A stretch of 64,000 bases of DNA, taken from NCBI GenBank assembly GCA_951406725.2, contig OX597824.1:83886001-83950000 (forward strand). The letters are read 5' to 3'. The notes beneath the pieces are model-generated. The model was not told the DNA's origin. It searched no databases and saw only the letters and a program-made list of their open reading frames with translations. Below, one piece after another: positions 40,855 to 55,204 of this stretch. The translations under genes and the position numbers were made by a program. Position 1 is the stretch's first letter; each line of letters starts with the position of its first letter. This DNA is from Octopus vulgaris (taxonomy: Eukaryota).

Positions 40855-41471
40855 CTAGTATTAAAAGACAGTACTTAATAAGAAACACATAACTGTCATC
40901 ATCATCATCATCGTCATCATCAACATCATTTGTCTGTGTGCATACATGCATACGCATGTATATGTATGTGTGTGTGTGTATATATATATATATCTTTTCA
41001 TTTGTATATATATATATATATATATATATACAAAGAAGTAAATACTTTCGTATTGCATTACTAATACATATATATATATATACATACATATGTATTTATA
41101 TAATATATATGTATACATATATATACACACACACATATGTACATACATAATATATATGTATACTACATACATTAAATTTAATATAGTGGGCGATACCATG
41201 CACATTTTTTCTGTCAGATTCCTGCATGTAAAGTGTTTAATTAAATTTAATGTTCATTTAAAATCAGAAATCTTAACCATTAATGTTCTCATCTATGTGC
41301 AGTCACACAAACACGCACACACACATGCATACACACAGATACATATATACATACACACTGATACACAAGCATATGCACTTATATTCCTTTTGACATCCAT
41401 CTCATTCTTAAGATCAACCCACCCACATTCAAATTTTCCGCTAACCATTCTTTCTCTGTTGCTTGTCATCA

Positions 41472-41502
<31 letters not shown>

Positions 41503-41849
41503 GAGCCACTTCCTCTTTTCACTCACATCTCATTCTTAATGCTGTCTCATATCAACTATCCATCACATCACTTGTTTGCCTCTCACTATAACCACCCCTT
41601 ATGTATCTCCGTTTCCCACCGTCATCCATATGACTGTCACTCTCCCTTACACTGATGCAAGCTATTACTCTCTCTCACTCTCACCCATCCTCTCCTTATC
41701 TTTCTGCCCTCTTCTTTCTACATATTCTGTCACTCTTCAGCCATTTCTGTAATACCACTCATCACCTTCTCTCCCCTGAGCCATTTCTGTTGACATCCAT
41801 CCTTCATTCTTATCGTTTTTCCCATCAGGTGTAAAATTCTTCAGATTTC

Positions 41850-42830
41850 AAAACAAAGAAACACTCTTATCATTTTGAACCTCTTCACAATTAATAAACT
41901 CTTTTCCCTCTAAATAATGTTGCAATGATCTGAAAAGATGATTATCTGATGGAGCAAGGCCAGGAGAGTAAGGAATACAAGGCAAAAATTCCATATTTTG
42001 AGCCATAATCTTTTCCTAGGTGATTTGGGCAATATGTGGTCCTGCATTATTGTGTAAAAGGAATACTCCTTTATGATTGATCTATGATGTGCTTCCTTTG
42101 GACATTTTTGTACCATGCTTCCAATTGACAACAATTCCACATTAGCCGTTTCGTTTTGGTTTACCACTTTATAATAGACAACACCTTTCATATTCCACCA
42201 AACATAGAACATAACATTTTGAGTGTGTACTCTCGGTTCTTCATTTTTATTGGGTGCTAACTATGTTTTCATTGAATGTGATTATTGACAATCCAGTTTT
42301 CATCACTTGTGATGGCTCTACCCAGGAAAGATTCAGTAACAAGTCCTACTCTTCAATGACAAGCAGAGAGCAGTTCTTTGATGAAGGTGAGAAGCAGTTA
42401 GATAATGAGAGACCCTCTGACCAAGTTTACACGCATTTCATTGTCACTGAAAGTGTTTTATGATTAAAGTGTGACTTGAATTGAACTGTTGTGTCTGGGG
42501 AGAGTAATTTTCTTTTTGTGCCTTATAATGTAACACACTCACTGGTGAAATTTCTACTTATTTCTTATTTTTATTTTCCTAAAATTTTACCAATGAGAGT
42601 GTTACATAATAAGGCACAAAAAGAAAATGACTCTCCCCAGACACAACAAAATATGCTTCAACACACAAACTCAAATAAAGAATCTTGCAAACCAAATCCC
42701 AAAACGAAATATTGAATTGAGCTGTTTTGCTAATTCTCATGCAGTTTGCTTTTGATTTTCCACAATTGTAGCTTTCAGAAGCTCAATATTGCCAGAACTT
42801 GACTGTCTGGAGTGATGGAAATCTGCAACA
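41850..42830 (-). mobile_element. mariner transposase remnant, interrupted by a fold-back insert at about 42486-42715
   Basis: Minus-strand motifs AITSDENW, MFYVWWNMKGVVYY, PYSPGLAPSDNHLFRSLQHYL. Confidence 0.8.
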
Positions 42831-43717
42831 GAAAAATTTCTTGAGCAAAACTGGACAAACCGTCATTTGTATGTCTGGACACTTAAAGCTTTATTTCCAT
42901 AGTACAAATATTTCTTTGTACTAGAATTGCTAAAGAGCCCCTTATGAATTTATTTAGTATACAGCGTCCGATACAAGTCTGATCCAAACTCATCTTAAAA
43001 AGGAAAATCAAAACAAATTTAACCTCTCTGGTATTAAGTAATTTGCCAAGAAAAAAACAGAGACTCATTAGAATGTAAAAATTAATACTTAGTTTACTGT
43101 AATTCTGAAAAAGTACACTCAAAGTGATTAAGTAAAAAATGTGTGTGTGTGTATAAAATATGGGGGTTTAGTTCACAGATGATCTAAATGATTAGGTATG
43201 CTAGGTAAGTGCTGTAACAGATTACAAATGCTCCAAGGTTGTAGCCGAGACAGTAGTCATAGAGCCATTGCGGATTTCCGATGCAGCAGATATGTAATTG
43301 TTAAACAGGACAGCAAGCTTTAAGGCAAGGCAAACATCTCAAGTCATATACAATATTGTTTGTTCCTTCTTGAGCCATGCCTGGCTCATAAGGGCCGGTT
43401 TCCTTGGTGTATAGGTTCCCCACCTGGACGGGACACCGGTCTGTCGCAGGTGAGCTGCAAGATGCAGGAGGAAAGAGTGAGAGTAAGGTGTAGTGAAAGA
43501 GTCAATAGAAGTTCGTCATTACCTTCTGCCCGAGCCAGGTGGAGCTTAGGTGTTTCACTCATAAACACACACATCACCCGGTCTGGGATTCAAACCCGCG
43601 ATCCCTCGACCGTGAGTCCACTGCTCTAACCACTAGGCCATGTGCCTCCACCGTATACAATATTATTATATTATTAATATATGCCATTCTTATTTTTCCT
43701 ATTTTTTTCCCCTATTT

Positions 43718-43773
43718 GCCTCTGATGATGGAATATCCCATACTTGGAGATATCCCAGAAACAGATGTGAGAT
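43718..43773 (+). ncRNA. Degenerate hammerhead motif, same family as 15735
   Basis: CTGATGA-TGGAATATC...GATATCCCA-GAAAC-AGAT-GTG-AGA. The cleavage triplet reads GUG, so it is probably inactive. Confidence 0.55.
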
Positions 43774-43862
43774 TTTGAATTTCTTCCTATAATAATATTG
43801 AATATGACTTGTGATGTTTGCTTTGCCTTTATGCTTGCTGTCCTGTTTAACAATTATATATA

Positions 43863-43923
<61 letters not shown>

Positions 43924-43969
43924 CAATTATATACATACAAGAGTTACAGAATGGAGTATGGGAAATCCA

Positions 43970-44052
43970 GGTTACATGTATTTCATAGCGAGTGGAACTT
44001 CAGAAGTGGTAAAATCCGAGTGAAGTGTATACCGCTGACTACTCTTCAGGCC
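43970..44052 (-). ncRNA. Hammerhead-like motif (family 2, copy 2)
   Basis: Minus strand GGC-CTGAAGA-GTAGT...GCTAT-GAAAT-ACAT-GTA-ACC. Reverse-complement homologue of 29065-29235. Confidence 0.55.
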
Positions 44053-44774
44053 AAGAATACTTTGATTAGATTAAAGGCTACATTCTCACAAGGAGGTACA
44101 TGTTGATGCAAAGATGATTCAATCAGAATGTGTGGAGGGCACAGTATGTGAGGGGTATATAAATGAGGGGAGAAATAAGTAATAGAAGAAAGAAGAGGAA
44201 GATAGAATAAAAATAAAATATAATATAGGCGCAGGAGTGGCTGTGTGGTAAGTAGCTTGTTTACCAACCACATGGTCCTGGGTTCAGTCCCACTGTGTGG
44301 CACCTTGGGCAAGTGTCTTCTACTATAACCTCAGGCCGACCAAAGCCTTGTGAGTGGATTTGGTAGACGGAAACTGAAAGAAGCCCGTCGTATATATGTA
44401 TATATATATATGTGTGTGTCTGTGTTTGTTCCCCTAGCATTGCTTGACAACCAATGCTGGTGTGTTTATGTCCCCATCACTTAGCGGTTTGGCAAAAAGA
44501 GACCAATAGAATAAGTACTGGGCTTACAAAGAATAAGTCCCAGGGTCGAGTTGCTTGATTAAAGGCAGTGCTCCAGCATGGCCGCAGTCAAATGACTGAA
44601 AAATTAAAAGAGTATAGGGGAGTGAGAGAAAGGAGGAATTAGATGTGTCAGTGGTGGATATTATAGTAGTTTTAGCTTATTCACAGACTTCAATAGTGGG
44701 ACTGGCATTTGAAGAGAAAAGTATTAGAGGGTGAAGGGTGAAGAAATGTTTTTGGTTGGGGGGGGGGGAAATGT

Positions 44775-45605
44775 ACTGTAAAAACCCATGTAATATATGC
44801 ATTTTTTCTTTTTTCACAAAAATAAAAATAAACTTTAGGGGTGTGTAAATTACATGAGGAGATCATTTCCAGAATTAGTTTAGAAAATTTTTTTGCTGAA
44901 AAAAGATATACAAAACATAAACATTTGTACCGGAAGTTGACTCATTTAATGTCAGAATAGGTTTTTACAGAAAAAACAAGGGCTTAAATATAATGAAGTT
45001 GACTTTTATTTATGCTGGACGGTATAGTGCTTACTTTTTCTGTATAAATTTACTAAAACCATTAAATGGTTAACTACTTTTTCAAGTCTGGCATTCATGA
45101 TGGTAATCAAGGTCTGGGCCATATTCTACTCACTTGAGTAAATTGTCATCCAAGCTGATATTTATTGGTAATTAAACTTAATTTGCAACACCTGTGTGCT
45201 TTGTTTTTGTTGATAAGAATTATCAACAACTTTTCCTGTGATTATGGTTTGAGAAGACATACAGCAGACATAAAGATTGGACATAATCTCTTGTGAGCAA
45301 GAAATGTAAAATAAAGTTTTTTATAAACAACACAAACACTTTAAAATTCAATAGCTTTTAATGTGATACCTGTTGAACAGAAATTATTTTTATTTCATTA
45401 AAATTTAATAAAATCTTATCATAAGTAAGTGAAATTATGCTAAATACAACTAAATTGAAAACCTTTTCCCCGCTGGCCATATCAGCAATTCTGAAAACTT
45501 TTGGGTGCAAATTTTACATGAGTAGAAGATTTTCTTTAACAATTTTTATCCTGAAAAATCACCTGTGTAAATTACACAGGTGCAATAATTACATGGGTTT
45601 TTATA
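44775..45605. mobile_element. Non-autonomous TIR DNA element (~830 bp)
   Basis: TIRs TAAAAACCCATGTAATATATGCA / TGCAATAATTACATGGGTTTTTA. Confidence 0.6.
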
Positions 45606-46460
45606 TTATGTATGAATAAAGCAAGGTAGGGTGGAGAGTTTAAACATGGTTAGTGGTTTTATGGTCAAAAGACATAAATTGGTACAAGGAAAAAGAAACA
45701 AAAGTTTATTATTATTGAGTGAGAGAGCAGTGCATGCTATCAAAGTGACACTGGGGTAAAATATATGAAGCCCAATATACCCATCATGACTACTCGTCTG
45801 ATAAAGGTACACCAGGCACATGCATCACAACCATTTGTGCACGATATGGTGATCTCATATCAAGATAAACAGCACATGACTTTGCAGGTGGGGCCCAGTT
45901 AGAATTTTCTTCTGGTCGAGTAACCCATTCTGCTCAAAAGGTCCCTGAATAAGGTTTGTTTAAGGATGATGAACAAAACACTCATATTTCCAGAGGTGAA
46001 TTATTCAAACCCCAAAGAATTCCTCTCAACACATGTCTATGATACTCCTTCACTAATTCTGCTCGTGATCAGAAATGCACCAAGGGACACGCTCAAGTGG
46101 TTAAAGTCAAACAACTGACATGCAGATCTGTGGTATTGAGCAGAATATTTGCTGTAGCCCATCTTTATTACCAAGACAAAACAATGTACATGATAACACT
46201 TCCAATCAGTTAAGATCAGAAGCCATGAGAGCCACTGCTTGTGGTAGTGGTGGTGGGCGAGGAGTAGGGGAGGGGAGGTGAATTGTTAACATGCCACAAA
46301 GCATTTTGTTTGTCTTTATATACTGAGTTCAAATACTGCTGTGGCCAGCTTTGCCTTTCATCCTTTCCGAGTTGATAAAATATGTACTAGTTGAGCACTG
46401 AGGTCAACGAAATTGACCATCTCCTCCCCTAAAATTTCAAAACCTTGTGGCTGTAATAGA

Positions 46461-46511
<51 letters not shown>

Positions 46512-46522
46512 CATCAATATTA

Positions 46523-46615
<93 letters not shown>

Positions 46616-48440
46616 CATCTCCTCTTCAAAAGAGTTACCATTTCTGACATTCATTGACTTGATATTATTATTGTCTCCTTCCTCTCCTTTCTCTTCTTCC
46701 TCTCTCTATTGTTTTTTTTTTCTATTCCTTGATTTTGATTTTTATATTGCTTTTTACTTCTTTATGTCATGTGTTCTGTTGGTTTTTTTTTTTTTCAATT
46801 TTTTTACCAAGATCTTTGTCCACAATGGGAAACCAAAGCATAATTGTATTACTGCGTGCATATATGTGTAATGGCAGTGGGTGTAAGAAACTGACTGTAC
46901 ATGTGCCCATGTTTGTATGGGTGTTTATTAGAGTGTATGTGTTTGGATATGTAAATGTGCATATGTATATATGTGTCTGCATGTATATATATTTCCACAC
47001 ACACACACACATATATGTATACATATACATTCATATATATATACATATATATGTGTGTGTGTGTATACATAAATATATCTATGTATAGATATGTGTATGT
47101 ATGTATAGATATGTGTATGTATGTATATATGTATATATGTATATATATATATGTGTGTGTGTATGTATATATGTGTGTGTGTATGTATTTGTATGTGTCT
47201 GTATATACATGTGTATTTGTGTCTGTATGTGTATGCATGCAAGTTCGATTTTATGTATGTGTATGTTTGAAAATATTATTAGTGTGTGTGTGTGTGTGTA
47301 TGTTTGTGTTTTAAATTTTATAGACATTATCAATAATCTTGCTGCCAGTTCCAATATTTCACAGAACAATACAAACAGCAAGAACACCAGACTTTAAATA
47401 TCAGAGCGGATTTAGTTTTATCACCGTTATTCTGCTGGAGTTAGAATATGTCGTCTTTCCCCTCACTTCACACACACACACACACACGCACGCACACTCA
47501 CACACGCTCATAAACACACACATACCCAAACACGCACATATACATGCTCATACCTTCTACATACGCATATGTACACACTCGTACCTCCATCATCTTACAT
47601 ATGTACATATGTATATATGTGCGTGTGTATATATATTTACACACACACACCACACACACTCATATACATATACATATATATATATATATATATATGTGTG
47701 TATACATAAATGACATCTATATATAGATATATGTATATATATATATATGTGTACATTATATATATATATCTATATATATGTGTGTGTGTGTGTGTATATA
47801 TATATATGTATGTATTTATATGTGTCTGTGAATATATCTACATATACATACATGTGTATTTGTGTCTGTATGTGTATGTATGCAAGTTTGAGTTTATGTA
47901 TGTGTATGTTTGAAAGTATACATACACACCCATACATGTATACATACACACTCATACCTCACTCTCATACATCACATACACACTCATACCTCACACACAC
48001 ACACACACACACCTCACCCTCACACACATTAATTCCTCGTGAAGTAGGGGTGTCCTACCTATTGAAAGATTTATCTCTTTATCTCAATGTCTTTGTAGCA
48101 AGAACACTTAATTCTACATTATCACATTCACCTCATTGTCAGTAGGAATAAATACCACCACCAGATCATAGTGAAGAAGTTACCTGTGATAGACTGGTGT
48201 CCTATCCTGGAGGAGAGCTATCTCCCATCACAGTTTCTCTAGGATTGGCTGGTGATGATATATATATATATATATATCATCATCATCATCATTTTACTGA
48301 GGACTGGCGAACCAGATAGCTGCGCCAGGCTCCAATCTTGATCTGGCAGAGTTTCTACTGCTGGATGCCCTTCCTAATGCCAACTACTCCGAGAGTGCTG
48401 TGGGTACTTTTACATGCCACCGGCACGAGGGCCAGTCAGG

Positions 48441-48567
48441 AGGTATGACCATATATTCTGATTGTTGGGGTGCATACAATGGTATTACTGAAATGGATGT
48501 GACACCAAAATACACCCATTTCAAGGTGAACCATTCTGAAAACTTTGTTGATCCAATAACAAATGTA
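48441..48567 (+). mobile_element. Merlin/IS1595 (ISXO2-like) transposase fragment
   Basis: GMTIYSDCWGAYNGI...YTHFKVNHSENFVDPITNV matches the SD.W.AY...H..VNHS..FVDP signature. Confidence 0.75.
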
Positions 48568-48569
48568 TA

Positions 48570-48625
<56 letters not shown>

Positions 48626-48819
48626 GTGTATCACACCAGTATTACTTGGGCTAGGGATGACAGATCAAATATATATACAACACGAGACTGAACACTAATT
48701 TTATACCAACGCTTTTTTTTAAATCATCGCTACATTTGATCATTCACATTGTTTATTTCAACAGGATAATTTCTAAGGTCGTGAGCCAATATAGCCTCAT
48801 TGAAATTAGGTTACTTACT

Positions 48820-48872
<53 letters not shown>

Positions 48873-49088
48873 TTATTATAGTATAGATTACTGTATCTAG
48901 TAGTAATACAAACTAAATTTTCCAAAACCATGACTATTTTTAACCTCTCTTCTATCTCCCATTGGTGGTATGCATATTAGACACAATGAAGATTTTGTAG
49001 GTTTTTTAGGGAAAAGCTACGTCCACTATCTATCTCCAGTATTTTGTTGAGTGCTGTGTTTTTCGCAGCATGTTATTAAAGCCCTAAG

Positions 49089-50103
49089 ATGCCGCCCAAA
49101 TGCCCTACACCTTCTAAGGCTTCTGGCAGTGAACCTAAGCACAAGAAAATGGTTATGACGCTGCATAAAAAGGCACAACTACTGGATATTTTCTGGGAAG
49201 GTAAAAGTTATGCTGTATTAGGTCGCTATTATGTTGTCGAAGAAAGCACCATATGTTACATAAAGAAGAAGGAGGTGGCGATCAGGACTACCACAGCAGT
49301 AAGTTTCTATGAAAATGCCAAAAAGATAAGGATATTGAGAAATAAGCACTTTCGCCAAGATGGAATCTGCCTTGACATTGTGGATTAGTGACTGCAAGAA
49401 GAAAAAAATCCTCTTGATCAGTATCATCATACATGAGAAAGCACAGAATTTATACCAGCAGTTTGACAGAGGAGACAGAGCAGAAGGCATGGAAGAACTG
49501 CAAACAAGACCATTGACAGCACCGGAACCCGAAGATTTTCAAAGCAGCAAGGGATGGTTTGATTGTTTCCAGAAATGGTTTAAAATAGAGTGTGTTTCTC
49601 TGCATGGAGAGACAGCATCAGCCGACAAAGAAGCCACCGCGAAGTACCTCTTTGGGACCATCGATATTAAACAGGAAGATCATCAAGGGCAAGAGATACA
49701 AGCCGGAACAGGTTTTCAGTATGGATGAGAACGTACACCATGAAGGATGAAGCCAGATCCCCAGGATTTAAGGCACAGAAGGACAGAGTGATGTTAATTA
49801 TGTGTGGCAATGCTGCTGACTTCATGATGAAACCAGGACTTATCTATAAGTTGCAAACCTGAGAGTCTTCAAAATTAAGATAAAAACCTGCTGCCTGTCC
49901 ACTGGATGCACAATCTCAAGGCCTAGGTTACCAAAGGTCTAACTTTGATTTGGTTTCACCAATGCTTCATCCTTCAAGCTAAGGAAGACCTCCAAAATGT
50001 TTGCATGGAATTCAAGATGTTGCTTGTTATGGATAATGCTGGTGGTCATCCTTTGGATTTGAATCACGAGGGAGTCCAAGTCGAGTTCCTCCCTGCCAAC
50101 ACT

Positions 50104-50156
<53 letters not shown>

Positions 50157-50323
50157 CACACACACACACACACGTATATATATACACATATATATTTATA
50201 GTATTTTACATTATATTTTAACATATATAGTCATTTTGGGGGGGGCCATGTCCAATATTCGTGGTTTTACGCTATTCGCAGGTTTTCTAGGAACATAACC
50301 CCCTGAATACTGGGGGGCTACTG
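49089..50323 (+). mobile_element. pogo/Tigger-type DNA transposon remnant (frameshifted transposase)
   Basis: HTH-like region MVMTLHKKAQLL, MESALTLWI, FQSSKGWFDCFQK...LHGETASAD; DDE region LLVMDNAGGHP...VEFLPANTT. 3' end GGGGGGCTACTG|TA. Confidence 0.85.
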
Positions 50324-51184
50324 TATATGTGTGTGTGTGTTGATGAATGGATGAGTGGACAGACGGACAGACAGACATAGATAAACAGACAGATACATAC
50401 ATACATCAGCATTTTACAAACAGAATCAGTATTCTAAACTATTGATTTTTGACTCCATCTGATTTTGACCTTTTATAACCAGACCAATTTAGACTTTCTT
50501 CTCTTATTAAATGTATATAATTAACTCTAGCCTCCGGAGGTGGTTCCCTCAGCATGGCCATATTCCATTGAGTGCAGCCAGTAAAAAAAGTAAAAGACCA
50601 TATACCTGAAGATCTTGCTCCAGCACAGTGTTGGTTATCATTGCTAAAATAAACTGAAAAACTTGCACCTAACTTAACCATTTAACCACTTTGCATGCTT
50701 CAAGTCTTTCAAAAACACATTTGAAGTCCTTCCAGGATTAATTTTCATTTTGCAAACATTAAATCTTAATGTCTTTTGTTGCTGACAACCATCTTTTGTC
50801 ACGTGTTGCTAGCTTTGCCAAAGTGCGAGCTGGAATATTTTTCTCATGAATTAATGTCTGTTGTTGTTGTCGTTGTTGTCGTTGACGTTGTTGTTGTCGA
50901 TACTTTTAAATTCTATGAGACAATATCGGAATTTATTTTTTCTTCCTTTTATCTTTCATCTCATCCAAGGATAATTAAATTATTTAGCGCCTTCTGTTCT
51001 TAAGATATATTACTATTTGTGTCTGTATGTTTTCCTGTGTTTGTGTGTATATGTGTTTGTTTGTATGTGTTTCTGTGATTTAGCCTATCTGTGTGTCTTT
51101 GTGTGTCTTCATGTGTCGCACATCAGTTATCTCTTTGTTCTGTCGTCTATCTAGTTTATTTTTGTTTTACTTTAAAAAAAAATG

Positions 51185-51840
51185 TAATAGTTGATGTCAG
51201 TGTTAAAGACATTTACTTTCTATCAATGATGCTATGACTCTTAAAGCCACTCTTTGTTAGTTAATCAATCTTTGTCAATCATAGTGTCAATCTTAAAGAC
51301 TGTCAGTGTTGATGTCGTTTACTCAACCTTTATCAATATTCATGTCATTCTTAAAGACAGTCCATCTCTGTCACTGTTGGTGACAATCCTAAAGACAGTC
51401 AGTTTCTGTCATTCTTGATGTCACTTTTAAAGACAGTCAATCTTTGTCAATGAGGATGTCAGTCTTAAAGATGGACACTCTGTCAATGCTATGGGCGAGC
51501 TGGCAGAAGCGTTAGCGCACCGGGCGAAATGCCTAGTAGTATTTCGTCTGCCGTTATGTTCTGAGTTCAAATTCCGCCGAGGTCGACTTTGCCTTTCATC
51601 CTTTCGGGGTCGATAAATTAAGTACCAGTTATGCACTGGGGTCAAGCTAATCGACTTAATCCGTTTGTCCTCTATGTGTTTAGCCCCTTGTGGGTAGTAA
51701 AGAAATAGCTATGCCAGTCTTAAAGACAGTCATTATCTGCCACTGCTCATGTCAGTCTTAAAGTCAGTTAGTCTCTGTTACTATCAATGTGAGTCTTAAA
51801 GAGAGCCACATACTGTCAGTATTAATGTCAGTCTTAGCAC
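51185..51840. repeat. Diverged ~36-38-bp minisatellite interrupted by a SINE
   Basis: Recurrent TCAATG..GATGTCAGTCTTAAAGACAGTC on both sides of 51494-51707. Confidence 0.7.
51494..51707 (+). mobile_element. SINE family B with TSD GCTATG, inserted in a minisatellite
   Basis: Same core; GCTATG at 51488-51493 and 51708-51713. Other copies near 5914-6150(+), 16570-16783(-), 30779-31008(+), 39475-39690(-), 59529-59710(+), plus many decayed copies. Confidence 0.85.
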
Positions 51841-51924
51841 TTTAGTGTCTAAACTGGTCATATCAAGCCCAACTAATCTACCTGTTTTATGTTAAAACTT
51901 CCCAAACCTGGTATATCACACCTA

Positions 51925-52156
51925 TTTCTTTACTACCCACAATAGGCTAAACACAGAGGGGACAAACAAGGACAGACAAACGGATCAAGTCGATTACATC
52001 GACCCCCAGTGCGTAACTGGTACTTAATTTATCGACCCCGAAAGGATGAAAGGCAAAGTCGACCTCGACGGAATTTGAACTCAGAACGTAACGGCAACCG
52101 AAATACTGCTAAGCATTCTGGCTGGTGTGCTAACGATTCTGCCAGCTCGCCGCCTT
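51925..52156 (-). mobile_element. SINE family B (Meta-domain-like core) with 16-bp target-site duplication
   Basis: Core GCCTTTCATCCTTTCGGGGTCGATAAATTAAGTACCAG. TSD TGGTATATCACACCTA at 51909-51924 and 52157-52172. Confidence 0.88.
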
Positions 52157-52622
52157 TGGTATATCACACCTACCTATAGTATAATGTCATTCTAAAAAAA
52201 AAAGTGAGCATATCATTGAAATCTTGAAGCTTTGAGATTATGCATGATTAGCTGAAAAGGATATGGATAAATAAGCATTACATTTGATAGAATAATCTGA
52301 ATGATAAAGGATTAAAGAGTGTTACTCTCTGTCAATGTTGATGACGGTCACTTTCTTTCAGTTCTGATATGAGCTGTAAAGACAGCCAATGTTTATCATT
52401 TTCGGTGAGCTTCTTTCAGCCCTGATCATGAGATATTTCAGGACAACCAGAAAGGCAAATCAAGTTTCCACATTTTTCACACAATCAAAGAAGTCCTTAG
52501 TATTTTAACTGCATCTATGCTGCAGCAGAATTTCTCTAAGAACACTGCCAACATCATCAGGAAGACATCATCAATCACCACCAGCTGGTAGTTGTTGATG
52601 ATATCTTTTACTCACCTCTACA

Positions 52623-53626
52623 ACCAGCTCTGTTGTTTGACTTTTAGAGGCCCCATGCAATTTTTTGTTTCGAGGCCCCATCCCTTCAATCAAAATTCAT
52701 TATCTATGCACCTTTTATTCATAGCTATATTTTACTTCATTCTGCCTGAAGTTCAATTTTTCACGTTATCCTAAAGAACATTTTTAAAAGTACAAGCTAA
52801 ACTTATTTAGTACTATTACAAATTTCAATAAGTGAAAGTTCCAGATATGAATAAAAGAGCACTTTTATAATCCAGGCAACTTTTAAAGACAAACCTTGCA
52901 CACTTTTCGCTTTGCGAAATCATTGATTGGTTCAGAATAATCAAGCTGAGAGCTAAGTTCATGTTCAATTGATTTCATAGACAATTCACAAAGTCTGGTA
53001 CATGTTTACTGTACAATGTAATATTTTTAAAAGAACTTTTACGGGTACAATGTATTACCATTTTATTTCTTGAAATTTTCAGTTAACATAGGTAGTTTAT
53101 TTTGTTTTTGGATTTGGTTTGCAAGATTCTTTATATGAGTTCGTGTGTTGAAGCATATTCTGTTGTGTCTGGGGAGAGTCATTTTCTTTTGTGCCTTATA
53201 ATGTAACACACTCACCGGTAAAATTTTCCACTTATTTCCTATTTTTTTTCCTAAAATTTTCGTTGCGTTTTGCAACCTTTTCAATAGTCTTGACTATTGA
53301 AAAGGTTGCAAGATGCAACGAAAATTTTAGGAAAATAAAAATAAGAAATAAGACTATTGAAAAGGTTCCAAGACGCAATGAAAGTTTTAGGAAAATAAAA
53401 ATAAGAAATAAGTGGAAAATTTTACTGGTGAGTGTGTTACATTATAAGGCACAAAAAGAAAATGACTCTCCCCAGACACAACAGAATAGGTAGTTTAATT
53501 TTTGTTCAACATCTTAACCAAAGTAAATAGACGACTCATCTACATACTTTGATCTTAACATGGGGCCCCTCAACCGTGGAGGCCCCCTGCGACTGCAGGG
53601 GTTGCAGGGGTTTAGCAACAGCCCTA
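52623..53626. mobile_element. Probable hAT-like non-autonomous element hosting a fold-back insert
   Basis: Degenerate ends CAGCTCTGTTG / CAACAGCCCT with GC-rich GGCCCC subterminal motifs. Confidence 0.4.
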
Positions 53627-53789
53627 TCTACAACACCCGTAAAGTTACCATCAAAGAAACAAAGGATGCTTTAGTGCCCCCACCACACACACACACATAT
53701 TAGAAGCTCTCCTGTTCTTCAAACATTGATTGCTAACATTGTCACATGACAAGAAATGTTGCAAGAGGGTATGGTCATATGGACTTAAA

Positions 53790-54330
53790 TATATAATAAT
53801 AATAATAATAATGAAATTATTGCATACAATGCTCAGGTGCACCACAACTTGTCAAAAGTGTGTATAAAGCATATGCAGTAATGTACAAATGTCTGGAAAG
53901 TGGACAGTTTATGAGTCAGATATATGCTTGCGTGTGTATGGAGGGGAGAAAATCAGGTGTAGTGTTGGCGAATCTCAGGAAGCATGGAAGTTTTGAAGGA
54001 TGCAGTGCTCTGACAACTAACAACTGATGCCGGCAGTTTGTTCCGTGCTTCAGCAACTCTTAGTGTGAAAAAATGTTTCCGAAAGTCATGGGAGCTGTGT
54101 TGTTTTCTGACTTTGTAAACATGTCCACAGGTGTTAGACAGGTGGAGTTTGAAAAGGTGCCCAGAGTTATTGTTGGTAAGATGGTTAATAATTTTATGGG
54201 TGTCTGCCAAGTCAGCTGCCAGACGTCGGAGTTTCAATGTATCCATGCCCAGGGAAGTAAGGCGTTCAGAATATGGCAAATGCCTGATGGAGGGTATTCT
54301 CTTGGTTGCACGTTGCTGAACGGCTTCGAT
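53790..54330 (-). mobile_element. CR1-type LINE 3' end fragment
   Basis: PYSERLTSLGMDTLKLRRLAADL...GHVYKVRKQHSSHDFRKHFFTLRVAEARNKLP, then 3'UTR and an (ATT)n tail. Confidence 0.85.
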
Positions 54331-54675
54331 AACTGCTTCTTATTTTCTCAATGCTGAAACATGAAAGGCAAAGCCAACTTGAGTGTGATTTGAAATCAGA
54401 ACATAGTTTCAATAACTAAATACCACGAAGCATTTTGTCTTCTGCTCCACAGATTCTGCCAATGTTCTCTTGTTAAGAAGATCTACACCAAATCAGTAAA
54501 TCTTCCTAAACACTACTGCAGTCCAACAAGGCAATAACCTATTCTGTTAGGGTCCCCACCGTCACCTAATTCCAGAGTTAGTTGCTATCTTTGCCAAATT
54601 ATTTCATCTCTGTCTATCTGTCTGCCTATCTATCTATCTATCTATCTTCTGTCTGTCTATCTATCTATCTATCTA

Positions 54676-54710
<35 letters not shown>

Positions 54711-54821
54711 GTCTTGCCACTCACCCCACTCTCTATCTTCCTTTTTGTCTCAACTCATCCCTTTTTTCATTTTCTCCATACAAGTCTCTCTCCCCTCTTT
54801 CTCTCTCTGTCTGTCTGATTG

Positions 54822-54857
<36 letters not shown>

Positions 54858-54941
54858 GCTCTTTACCTCCCTGTGATTCTTTTACTGGTAATGTTAACTT
54901 CACCTCCTATGAGTCTAGAGAAGCTACTTCACTTTTTCTTT

Positions 54942-55013
<72 letters not shown>

Positions 55014-55173
55014 GTCTGTCTGTCTGTCTTGTTGTATCTCTCTCCTCTCTTTCTCCCTATCCTTCTTGTGTAAGAGCAACACTCCAGTTCCTCTCAGATC
55101 AGAGTAATGCTGTCCTCTTGACCAATATTGGCATCAGATTCTGTACAGACCAAGGTTCTAATTACTGATGGTG

Positions 55174-55204
<31 letters not shown>

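Noticed and set aside
44046-44312. Recurring MPKVPxSGTEPxTMWL ORFs at many loci
   Set aside because: Antisense translation of the SINE family A head, not a gene family.
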